A DNA stretch of 64,000 nt from an uncultured Acidobacteriota bacterium (GTDB taxonomy: Bacteria > Acidobacteriota > Thermoanaerobaculia > UBA5066 > Gp7-AA6). The first letter of the stretch is position 1; the number at the start of each line of letters is the position of its first letter. Location of the stretch: positions 8,254 to 72,253 of the forward strand of contig CAVXOX010000004.1 in the NCBI GenBank assembly GCA_963763535.1. Direction: 5' to 3'. Made by a program: the position numbers and the translations under genes. The notes under the pieces were generated by a model. It had not been told where the DNA came from, made no database searches, and was given only the letters and a program-made list of their open reading frames with translations. Shown here piece by piece: positions 19,473 to 27,793 of this stretch.

Positions 19473-20409
19473 CTAGACCGCGACTTTCTCGGCCACGCGC
19501 AGGCGCGCGCTGCGCGAGCGCGGATTGCGCCGGACCTCGGCGTCGGTCGGCCGGATCGGGCGGCGCGTCAGCACCTCGAGGGCCTTGCGCGCGCCGCAGA
19601 CGCACGCGGGCAGCCGCGGCGGGCACAGGCAGACGCCCGATTCGCGGCGGAACGCGTCCTTCACGATCCGGTCCTCCAGCGAGTGGTACGAGATGACCGC
19701 GACGCGGCCGCCCTGCTGCATGCGCGCGACGGCCGCGGCGAGGAACCGGGCGAGCGCGACGAGCTCCTGGTTCACCTCGATGCGGAGCGCCTGGAAGACC
19801 CGGGTCGCCGGATCGATCTTCTCGCGACTGCTCTTCTGCTCCGCGACCACCCGCTGCAGTTGCCGGGTGGTGGTGATGGGACCTCGAGCCCGCTCCGCCA
19901 CGATTCCCCGCGCGATCTTTCCCGCCATTCGTTCCTCCCCAAATTCACGGAAGATCCGTGTCAGTTCCTCCACGGAAGCCGTGGCCACGACGTCGGCCGC
20001 GCTCCGTCCGCTCTGTCCCATCCGCATGTCGAGCGGCCCGTCACGACGGAACGAGAAGCCCCGCTCCGCGCGATCGAGCTGCATCGACGAGACGCCGAGG
20101 TCGGCGAGAACGCCGGCCGGCGCCGGAAAATCCGCGAGAACGAGATCGAGCTCCCCGAAGTCCGCCAGGCGCAGCGCGACGCGCTCGCCGAAACGCTCCA
20201 GACGCGCGCCGGCCGCCGCGAGCGCATCGGGGTCGCGGTCGAGCCCCAGGAGGCGAATGCCCGGCCCCGCTTCGAGCAGCGCCTCCGCATGGCCGCCCGC
20301 GCCGACCGTCGCGTCGACGAAGAACCCGCCGCGCTCCGGCGCGAGCGCGCGAACGACCTCGTCGAGGAGGACGGGAACGTGCGGAGCGGTCTCAATCGGC
20401 CTGACTCAC
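19473..20409 (-). CDS. rsmH: 16S rRNA m4C1402 methyltransferase RsmH (start ambiguous)
   Basis: HVPVLLDEV, DATVGAGGH, DLGVSSMQLD, PLDMRM, FQALRIEVNQEL, SYHSLEDR, NPRSRSARLR. Only ATT(20396) is an in-frame start; GTG20409 is 1 nt out of frame. Confidence 0.93.
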
Positions 20410-20852
20410 AGGAGGAGCTTCGAGAGTTCGTCGTAGTCCTCGGGTCCGAAGTCCTCGGTCGCGAGCTTCTTGGCGAGGCCGCTCCGGTCGGACACGACGA
20501 GGTGATCGATGTTGCCGGTCACGACGACGTCCGGCGGCAGCTTCGCGGCGTCGCGCAGGATCTGCGGCACGAGCACGCGTCCCTGCGCGTCGAGAACGGA
20601 ATCCTGGCCGTAGAAGTTGACGCGCTCGAGAAACTTCGTCTTCGCGCGATGGATCGCCGGCTGCTGGGCGAGCTTCTCCTCGAGCGCCCGCCAGATCGGC
20701 ATCGGATACAGAAGGAAGTTGCGCCCGTGCAGCGACGTCACGAAGAGGTCGCGGCCAAAGGCCTCTTCGATCTGTTGCCGAAAAAGATTCGGCACCTTCA
20801 GCCGGCCCTTCTCGTCGAGTCGGGCCGGGGCACTTCCACGAAAGCGATCCAT
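20406..20852 (-). CDS. mraZ: Transcriptional regulator MraZ
   Basis: Two DxxGR motifs (LDEKGRLKVP, LDAQGRVLVP); first gene of the dcw cluster. Confidence 0.95.
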   Translation of the reverse strand: MDRFRGSAPARLDEKGRLKVPNLFRQQIEEAFGRDLFVTSLHGRNFLLYPMPIWRALEEKLAQQPAIHRAKTKFLERVNFYGQDSVLDAQGRVLVPQILRDAAKLPPDVVVTGNIDHLVVSDRSGLAKKLATEDFGPEDYDELSKLLL

Positions 20853-20880
20853 CCTTCAAAATGTCGTCCCGTCATGCAAG

Positions 20881-20920
20881 CCGGGACCACTTTCTCCCAC
20901 TTTTAGCCAGATTTGGCCAC
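20881..20920 (-). promoter_or_regulatory. MraZ-binding direct repeats
   Basis: Minus strand reads GTGGCCAAAT CTGGCTAAAA GTGGGAGAAA GTGGTCCCGG: four (G/C)TGG boxes at 10-bp period upstream of mraZ. Confidence 0.8.
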
Positions 20921-20926
20921 TGGCGG

Positions 20927-20956
20927 ATGTTAGGAGTGCCGTGGTTTATTAGTCAA
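20927..20956 (-). promoter_or_regulatory. sigma70-type dcw promoter
   Basis: TTGACT-N18-TAACAT on the minus strand, just upstream of the MraZ boxes. Confidence 0.7.
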
Positions 20957-21092
20957 GGGAAGTTGTTTGCCTAAAAAAATTAGGAGCGTAAATGGGGCGT
21001 AATGAGAAGCGGCGACCGCCGAGGACGCACTGCCCCAGCTCTTGTGCATCGCGCGACGCGCACCGCGAGCGGTCGCGTTTCGGAGGCGCTCC

Positions 21093-21962
21093 CTACGACG
21101 GCTTCTTCGCTCCGTCCCACGAAGGCACGTCCCCCTCGTGCCAGTCGCGCGTCAGATCGAGCCAGAGCGCGAGCCCGCGGTAGTCGCCGAAGCGCGCGTA
21201 CCGCCGCGCGATCGCCCCCTCGACCTTCGCGCGGCCCGGATACATCCTTCGGTACTTCATCCGCACCCACGAATCGATCGCGAAGAACTCGTGCCGGCCG
21301 AGAATGCGGAGGAGCCCCTCGGCCGCGTAGGGGCCGAAGCCGTACTCGGCGAGGATCGACTCGCGCACGCGCTCCGCAGGCGTGTCGGGCTTCTCCCAGA
21401 TGGAGAGGTCCAGGCGTCCCGAGTCGACCCGGCGCGCGAAGCGCGAGAGGGCCGGCGCGCGATAGCCGCAGCGCACGCGCGATCGCAGGGCCGCCGGACG
21501 AATCCGCGCCACCGCGGCGGGCGTCGGGAAGGCGCCCCCCTCGCCGGCGAGATCGATGAGCCGCACCACCATGCCCTGCGTCGCCGCCCACGAACAGTTC
21601 GTCGTCAGGAGCATCTTCACGGCGTCCTCGAAGAGCGTCGGCGCCCGGAGCATCCGGCCACCGCCCCGAGCGAGCGCGCGGCGGAGCGCGGGCTCGTCGC
21701 CGAGCATTCGATCGAAGCCGCCGAGCTCCAGGTCGAGCGAGAAGACGCGGCGGGCGATGCGAGAGAGCTCCTCCCTGCGCCCCGGACCCGACACCTCGAG
21801 CCGCACGCCGGCGCTCCGAAACTCGATCGCGCCGCGCGGCCCCGTGATGGCGAGGACGCCCCGCTCCCGCTCATAGGCGAAGGGCAGGAGGTTGTACCAG
21901 CCGTGCGAGCGCACGACGGCGTCGAAGGAGAAGTTCGAAGGCAGCGGAAGGCTGAGGCGCAT
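21093..21962 (-). CDS. HhH-GPD DNA glycosylase (AlkA/Ogg-like)
   Basis: LFEDAVKMLLTTN, FPTP, GYRA, HhH motif GFGPYAA, FAIDSWV. Confidence 0.85.
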   Translation of the reverse strand: MRLSLPLPSNFSFDAVVRSHGWYNLLPFAYERERGVLAITGPRGAIEFRSAGVRLEVSGPGRREELSRIARRVFSLDLELGGFDRMLGDEPALRRALARGGGRMLRAPTLFEDAVKMLLTTNCSWAATQGMVVRLIDLAGEGGAFPTPAAVARIRPAALRSRVRCGYRAPALSRFARRVDSGRLDLSIWEKPDTPAERVRESILAEYGFGPYAAEGLLRILGRHEFFAIDSWVRMKYRRMYPGRAKVEGAIARRYARFGDYRGLALWLDLTRDWHEGDVPSWDGAKKPS

Positions 21963-22035
21963 GAGGAGCTCCCGGCTGTCAGCGGGTATCGACGATCCGC
22001 ATCGGCTCGAAAGCGGAGAGCGACGGCCGACGGCT

Positions 22036-23019
22036 CTAGCTCGTCTTCTTCTCGTCGAGCTTGGCGAGATCCGGCACGTAAATCTTCACGAAGGCGTCGC
22101 GCCGCAGCTTGTCCATGTACTCGGAGAAGCGCTTCTCGTAGAGATCGTCCTGGATCCGCTTGCGCAGGTCCTCCTTCACCTCCGAGAACGGCTTGAATCC
22201 CGAGCCCTTCCGGTCCGTCACGTGAAAGAGGTGGATCGAGTCCGGCATCAGCGCGGGGGGCGGGTACTCGTCGGGCGGCGTCACGAAGATCGCGACGTCC
22301 AGCGCCTCGACGAGCTCGCCCTTCGACACGTTGCCGAGATCGCCGCCCTTTTCCTTCGTCGTGCCCTCGGACTCCTGCTTCGCGAGGTCGCCGAACGACG
22401 CGCCTCCGGCCTTCAGGCGCGTCCGCATCGCCTCGATCTTCTCGACCGCCTTCTGCCGGCCCTCGACGTCGCCGGGCGTGAACTTCAGCACGATCTCCGC
22501 GACGTGCGCGGACTCCGGCACCGCGTAGAACTGTTCCTTCTTGCGCTCGTACTCGAGGCGGAGCTGATCGTCCGTCAGCTGGAGCTGCGAGGCGACGTCG
22601 CGGCCGACGACCTTCTGCAGCGTGATGCTCTGCCGCATCTGGCGCTTCAACTCGTCGCGTGTCATGCCGGACTGCGCGAGCGCCGCGTCGAACTCGGCAT
22701 CGGTGGTCAGGTTGTACTGCGCCTTCACGCGCGCGACGGCGGCGTCCACCTCCTCGTCGGAGGCGCCGACCGCCATCTCCTTCGCGCGCTCCTCGAGAAG
22801 CTTCTCCTTGATCAGGTCCTCGAGGACGTTGCGCTCGAGCTCGACCGGATCGGTCGGATGGTTCGGCGCCCTCGCCGCGATCGCGAGGCGCTTGTCGAAC
22901 TCGGACTGGGTGATCAGCCGGTCGTTGACGCGGACGACGATCTGCTCGACGAGCTCGGCCGCGAAGGCGAACGCGGGCAGCGCGACCGCGAAGACGAGAA
23001 AGAGAAGAATCCGTCGCAT
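22036..23019 (-). CDS. SurA/PrsA-like parvulin peptidyl-prolyl isomerase
   Basis: Signal peptide, VEQIVVRVNDRLIT SurA_N region, FGDLAKQESE...GGDLG rotamase motif. Start ATG23019 or ATG23028. Confidence 0.9.
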   Translation of the reverse strand: MRRILLFLVFAVALPAFAFAAELVEQIVVRVNDRLITQSEFDKRLAIAARAPNHPTDPVELERNVLEDLIKEKLLEERAKEMAVGASDEEVDAAVARVKAQYNLTTDAEFDAALAQSGMTRDELKRQMRQSITLQKVVGRDVASQLQLTDDQLRLEYERKKEQFYAVPESAHVAEIVLKFTPGDVEGRQKAVEKIEAMRTRLKAGGASFGDLAKQESEGTTKEKGGDLGNVSKGELVEALDVAIFVTPPDEYPPPALMPDSIHLFHVTDRKGSGFKPFSEVKEDLRKRIQDDLYEKRFSEYMDKLRRDAFVKIYVPDLAKLDEKKTS

Positions 23020-23075
23020 CGAGGTCATTTTTAACACCCTTTGGAACCGGGGATTCCCGCATCTTGCATCCCACC

Positions 23076-26000
23076 TCACGCCGCGTCCCTCCTCGCGAGC
23101 GACGGCAGGAGCTCGACCAGGCCGGCGATGAGGGCGTCCCCTGCCGGGGACGGCAGCGTGAGCACCCGGGCGGGCGAGAGGCTCGCCCCGGGCGTCGCTC
23201 CCACGAATTCGAGCAGCCGGTCGGCGTCGACGGCGGCATCCTCCGCGAAGCGCAGATGCACTTTGCCGGCCTGCCGGGTGATCGCCGTGACGCCGAGGCG
23301 CTCCGCGCGGCCTCGGAGCCGCGCGTACTCGACGAGCCGGCGGACGACCGGCGGCGGCTCGCCGAAGCGGTCCGCGATCTCGCGGGCGGTCTCCGCCAGG
23401 GCCGCGTCGTCCCCGGCCCGGGCGATCTTCTTGTAGACCATCATCCGCCAGTTCTCGTCCGCGATGTAGGACGGAGGGATCGCGAGGTCGACGCCGAGCG
23501 AGAGCGTGACCGCGCGCTCCGGAATCGGCTCCTCGCCGCGGATCTCCCGGATCGCCTCCTCGAGGAGCGAGAGATAGGTCTCGAAGCCGACCGCGGCGAT
23601 GTGGCCGGACTGCTCGCCGCCGAGCATGTTGCCGGACCCCCGGATCTCGAGGTCTCGCGCGGCGATGCGGAACCCGGCGCCCAGGTCGCAGAATTCGCGG
23701 ATCGAGGCGAGGCGCTGACGGGCGACGTCCGAGAGCGCCGCGGTTTCCGACACGAGCAGATACGCGTAGGCCGGCTTGTCGCTGCGCCCGACGCGCCCGC
23801 GCAGCTGATAGAGCTGGGCGAGGCCGAAGGTGTCGGCGCGGTCGATCAGGATCGTGTTGGCCGACGGAATGTCGAGGCCGTTCTCGACGATCGCCGTCGC
23901 GAGCAGCACGTCGGCCTCGCGCGTGACGAAGCGCAGCATCGCCTTCTCGAGCTCCGCCTCCGGCATCTGCCCGTGCGCCGTCGTGATCCGGACCGACGGG
24001 AGCAGTTCCTCGAGCGTCCGCTTCACGCGGCCGATCGACTCGACCCGGTTGTGCACGAAGAAGACCTGGCCGCCCCGCCCGATCTCCGCCTCGATCGCCT
24101 CGCGGATGATCTCGGGCTTCGAGGGCACGACCTGGGTCTCGATCGCGAGGCGGTCGCGCGGCGGCGTCTCGATGATCGAGAGGTCGCGCAGGCCGGAGAG
24201 CGAGAGGTGCAGCGACCGCGGGATCGGCGTCGCGGACATCGCCAGCACGTCGATCGAGGCCTTCCACTCCTTCAGGCGCTCCTTCTGCGCGACGCCGAAA
24301 CGCTGCTCCTCGTCGACGATCAGAAGACCGAGATCGCGAAACGCGAGGTCCTTGGCGAGCATGCGGTGCGTCGCGATCAGGATGTCCACGGAGCCTTCGG
24401 CGACGCGGGCGATGACGTCTCTCTGTTCGTTCCGTTTGCGGAAGCGCGACAGGAGCTCGATCGTCACCGGGAAGGCGGCGAAGCGCCGCCGGAACGTGCG
24501 GAAGTGCTGATCCGCGAGGATCGTGGTCGGCGCGAGCACGGCGACCTGCTTGCCGTCGAGGACCGCCTTGAACGCGGCGCGCATCGCGACCTCGGTCTTG
24601 CCGTAGCCCACGTCGCCGCAGAGGAGCCGGTCCATCGGGCGCGCCGACTGCATGTCGCGCTTGACGTCGGCGATCGCCTGCGCCTGGTCCGGCGTCTCCG
24701 TGTACTCGAAGGCGTCCTCGAACTCCTTCTGCCAGGGCGAGTCCTTCGAGAACGCGAAGCCCTCCGCGAGGCTGCGGCGCGCGTAGAGCTTCAGCAGCTG
24801 ATCGGTCATGTCGCGCATGGCCTTGCGGACCGACGCCTTGCGCCGCGCCCAGCCCGCGCCGCCGAGGCGGTCGAGCGCGGGCTCGACGCCTTCGACCCCG
24901 GAGTACTTCTGCACGAGGTCGAGCCGCTCGACGGGCAGGAGGAGCGACTTCGCCTCGGCGTACTCGATGTCCATGAACTCGCGCTCCTCGCCCTCGACCG
25001 GAACGCGCTTCAACCCCTTGAAGCGGCCGATCCCGTAATCGGCGTGGACCACCGCGTCGCCGAGCTTCAGGTCGCGGAGGTCGGAGAGAAACGCCTCGGA
25101 CGGGCGGCGCCGCGCGGCGGAGGAGCGCCGCTCCTCGCCGAAGATCTCCTCCTCCGCGTAGACGGCGATCCGCGGCTCGCGCAGGCGGAACCCGGCGGAG
25201 ATCGCCGCCGGCACGGCGACCACCGCGCCCGGCCGGCGCTCCGAGGAGACGTGGAAGCCGTACTCGACCGCGAGGCGCTTGAGGTTCTCCGCGCCGCCGG
25301 TCGGCCGCGCCACGACGAAGACCTCCTCTCCCGAGGCGAGCGCGCGCGTCAGGTCCGCCGCGGCCTCCTTCGCGCGGCCGCCGTGGCCCGCGATCGCCTC
25401 CGCGGGAAGGCGCACCTCGCGCGTCCCTTCCGCGTCGAGCCCGAGACGGTCGAAGCGCATCCGCACGTCCGCGAGCGCCTCGCGGATCCGCTCCGCCGGG
25501 TGCATGAGCTCCTCGGGCGCGAACGCATCGCGGTCCGGATCGCGGTCGGCCGCGAGCCGCTCGGCGAAGCCCGCGACCTCTTCTTCGACGGCGGACGGCT
25601 CGACGAGAACGACGAGGGCGCCGCTCGCATAGTCGAGCCAACCGGCGGGCATCGCCTCGACCGCGGGCGCGAACACGCTCCGCTCCGCCTCCGACGGGGG
25701 ACGCCCGATGCGCTCGGTGAGGAGGTAGCGCGCCTCTTCGGATTCCTCCGCGGCCGAGAACGGCGGGAGCGTGACCTCCTCGAGCCGCTCGCGCGAGCGC
25801 TGCGTGTCCGGATCGAAGAGGCGGAGCGACGCGACCCGATCGCCGTCGAGCTCGACCCGCACCGCGAGATCGCGGTCCGGCGGGAACACGTCGAAGAGCC
25901 CGCCGCGCACGGCGAGGTCTCCCGTTTCGGTCACGAGGTCGCCGCGGCGATACCCGCGCCGCGTCAGCGTCGCGACGAGCGCGGAGAGCGACACCTCGGC

Positions 26001-26456
26001 GCCCACCGAGAGGCGGAGCACCATGCCGGAGAAGGCCGAGGGATCCGGCAGGCGCGTGAAGAGCGCGCGCGCCGGGAGGACCGCGACCGGTGCGGCGCCC
26101 GCGGCGAGCGCCGTCAGCAGCCCGAGCTCGTCGCGCCGCGCCTTGAGCGAGGCGGGGATGCGCTGGTAAGGCGTCAGCGTCGGCGCCGGCGCGTGGAACG
26201 CCTCGCCCGCTCCGGCCGCCGCGAGATCCTCGAGCATCCGCTCCGCGTCCTTCTCGTTGCCGACCACCGCGAGGAGCGGCCTTCCGAGGTCCTGCGCGAG
26301 CGCGGCGGCGAGGAGGGCGGGCAGCGCGCCGACGCCGCCCGAGACGACGAGACGGTCCTCTCCCCTCCGCGCTCCGTCGAGGAGGCCGTCGTAGAGAGGC
26401 AGACCGCGAACGAGATCCCTGAGCAACGAGCTTCCGGATGTTCTGACCGCCGACAC
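23076..26456 (-). CDS. mfd: Transcription-repair coupling factor
   Basis: CarD-like VVHADYGIGRF, DRLLCGDVGYGKTEVA, VDEEQRFG, SATPIPR, QLRGRVGRS, RDLEIRGSG. Confidence 0.98.
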   Translation of the reverse strand: MSAVRTSGSSLLRDLVRGLPLYDGLLDGARRGEDRLVVSGGVGALPALLAAALAQDLGRPLLAVVGNEKDAERMLEDLAAAGAGEAFHAPAPTLTPYQRIPASLKARRDELGLLTALAAGAAPVAVLPARALFTRLPDPSAFSGMVLRLSVGAEVSLSALVATLTRRGYRRGDLVTETGDLAVRGGLFDVFPPDRDLAVRVELDGDRVASLRLFDPDTQRSRERLEEVTLPPFSAAEESEEARYLLTERIGRPPSEAERSVFAPAVEAMPAGWLDYASGALVVLVEPSAVEEEVAGFAERLAADRDPDRDAFAPEELMHPAERIREALADVRMRFDRLGLDAEGTREVRLPAEAIAGHGGRAKEAAADLTRALASGEEVFVVARPTGGAENLKRLAVEYGFHVSSERRPGAVVAVPAAISAGFRLREPRIAVYAEEEIFGEERRSSAARRRPSEAFLSDLRDLKLGDAVVHADYGIGRFKGLKRVPVEGEEREFMDIEYAEAKSLLLPVERLDLVQKYSGVEGVEPALDRLGGAGWARRKASVRKAMRDMTDQLLKLYARRSLAEGFAFSKDSPWQKEFEDAFEYTETPDQAQAIADVKRDMQSARPMDRLLCGDVGYGKTEVAMRAAFKAVLDGKQVAVLAPTTILADQHFRTFRRRFAAFPVTIELLSRFRKRNEQRDVIARVAEGSVDILIATHRMLAKDLAFRDLGLLIVDEEQRFGVAQKERLKEWKASIDVLAMSATPIPRSLHLSLSGLRDLSIIETPPRDRLAIETQVVPSKPEIIREAIEAEIGRGGQVFFVHNRVESIGRVKRTLEELLPSVRITTAHGQMPEAELEKAMLRFVTREADVLLATAIVENGLDIPSANTILIDRADTFGLAQLYQLRGRVGRSDKPAYAYLLVSETAALSDVARQRLASIREFCDLGAGFRIAARDLEIRGSGNMLGGEQSGHIAAVGFETYLSLLEEAIREIRGEEPIPERAVTLSLGVDLAIPPSYIADENWRMMVYKKIARAGDDAALAETAREIADRFGEPPPVVRRLVEYARLRGRAERLGVTAITRQAGKVHLRFAEDAAVDADRLLEFVGATPGASLSPARVLTLPSPAGDALIAGLVELLPSLARRDAA

Positions 26457-26498
26457 CGCGTCCGGCGGGGAGCGGGCCGGCGGCCCGCGGACGACAGC

Positions 26499-27721
26499 CT
26501 ATCGCGAATGCGCGAGCGGTGACTGCTCCCGCAGGCGCTCGACGGTCCGGACCGCCGCCTCGGCGGCGAAGTCCACCTCCTCGGCGGTCGTGGACCGGCC
26601 GAGGCCGTACCGAATCGACGCGTGCGCGAGGTCGGCGGGCACGCCGATCGCGGTCAGGACGTGCGAGGGCTCGAGAGAGGCGGACGTGCAGGCCGAACCG
26701 GTCGAAACCGCGACGTCCTTCATCCCGACGAGCAGCGCCTCCCCGTCGACGCCCGCGAAGGAGACGTTGAGGTTCGCGGGGAGCCGCGCCTCGACCGCGC
26801 CGTCGGCGAGCTCGCCTTCCGGCCCGATCGTCGGCAGCGCCGGGCCGTTCAGCGTGACCCCCGGGAGGCGGCCGGAGAGCGTGGCGTGGAGGCGCCGCCG
26901 GAGGAGGCGCAGCCGACGGCTCTCGTCCGGCATCTCGGCTCGATCGCGATCTCCGCCGCGCGCGCGAGGCCCACGATGCCGGGCACGTTGAGGGTGCCGG
27001 GGCGGGTCCCGCGCTCCTGTCCCCCGCCGAAGAGCATCGGCTCGAGACGGACGCGGGGATGCCGCGCGCGCACGAAGAGGGCCCCGACGCCCTTGGGACC
27101 GTAGATCTTGTGGGCGGACACGGACGCGAGGTCCACGGGAAGCGTCCGCAGGTCGAACGGCACCTTCCCGAAGGCCTGGACCGCATCGGTGTGAAAGAGC
27201 ACGCCGCGCTCCCGGCACACGGCGCCGATGCCGGCGACGTCGTGGAGCACGCCGATCTCGTTGTTGGCCGCCATGAGCGACACGAGAAACGTCCGATCGG
27301 TGATGGCGTCGCGCACGCGCGCGGGCGAAATGGCTCCGGTGCCCTTGTCGGGCATCAGGAGCGTGACCGCGTATCCTTCCCTCTCCAGCCGCCGGCAGGC
27401 GTCGAGCACCGCCGGATGTTCCGTCGCGGCCGTGACCACGTGCCCGCCCTCGCGGCCCGGCAGCCTCGCGGCGCCGAAGATCGCGAGGTTGTCCGCCTCC
27501 GTCGCGCCACTCGTGAAGACGATCTCCTTCGGCGTCGCGCCGAGGAGCCCGGCGAGCGTCTCACGCGCCGCGTCCACCGCGGCCTCCGCCTCCCACCCGA
27601 AGACGTGGCCGCGCGAGGACGGGTTGCCGTAGACGCGCGAGAAGTAGGGGGTCATGGCGTCGAGCACGCGCGGATCGACCGGCGTCGTGGCGTGGTGGTC
27701 GAGGTAGACAGGCAGGTGCAT
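26499..27721 (-). CDS. iscS: IscS-type cysteine desulfurase (frameshift at ~26940, probably sequencing error)
   Basis: [32 protein letters not shown] in one frame; catalytic STGSACTS...PSHVL in the other. Junction reads ATC GA GCC GAG ATG. Confidence 0.9.
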
Positions 27722-27793
27722 ACCCGACCCTAATTATGGTCCGGCGCGGCGCCTCGGTTCGATCCGGTCAGCAGGCCGGGCGAGCCCCGCCGG

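Noticed and set aside
20957-21092. rnpB or another ncRNA upstream of mraZ
   Set aside because: Too short, and no RNase P consensus was seen.
23064-26522. Long antisense or alternate-frame ORFs (e.g. 1152 aa opposite mfd, 916 aa opposite ftsI, 1716-aa extension of the SurA-like gene)
   Set aside because: Expected shadow ORFs in high-GC DNA; Arg/Ala/Pro-rich with no motifs.
26499-27721. iscS as a true pseudogene or programmed frameshift
   Set aside because: Both halves are intact, there is no slippery sequence, and similar indels occur across the window.
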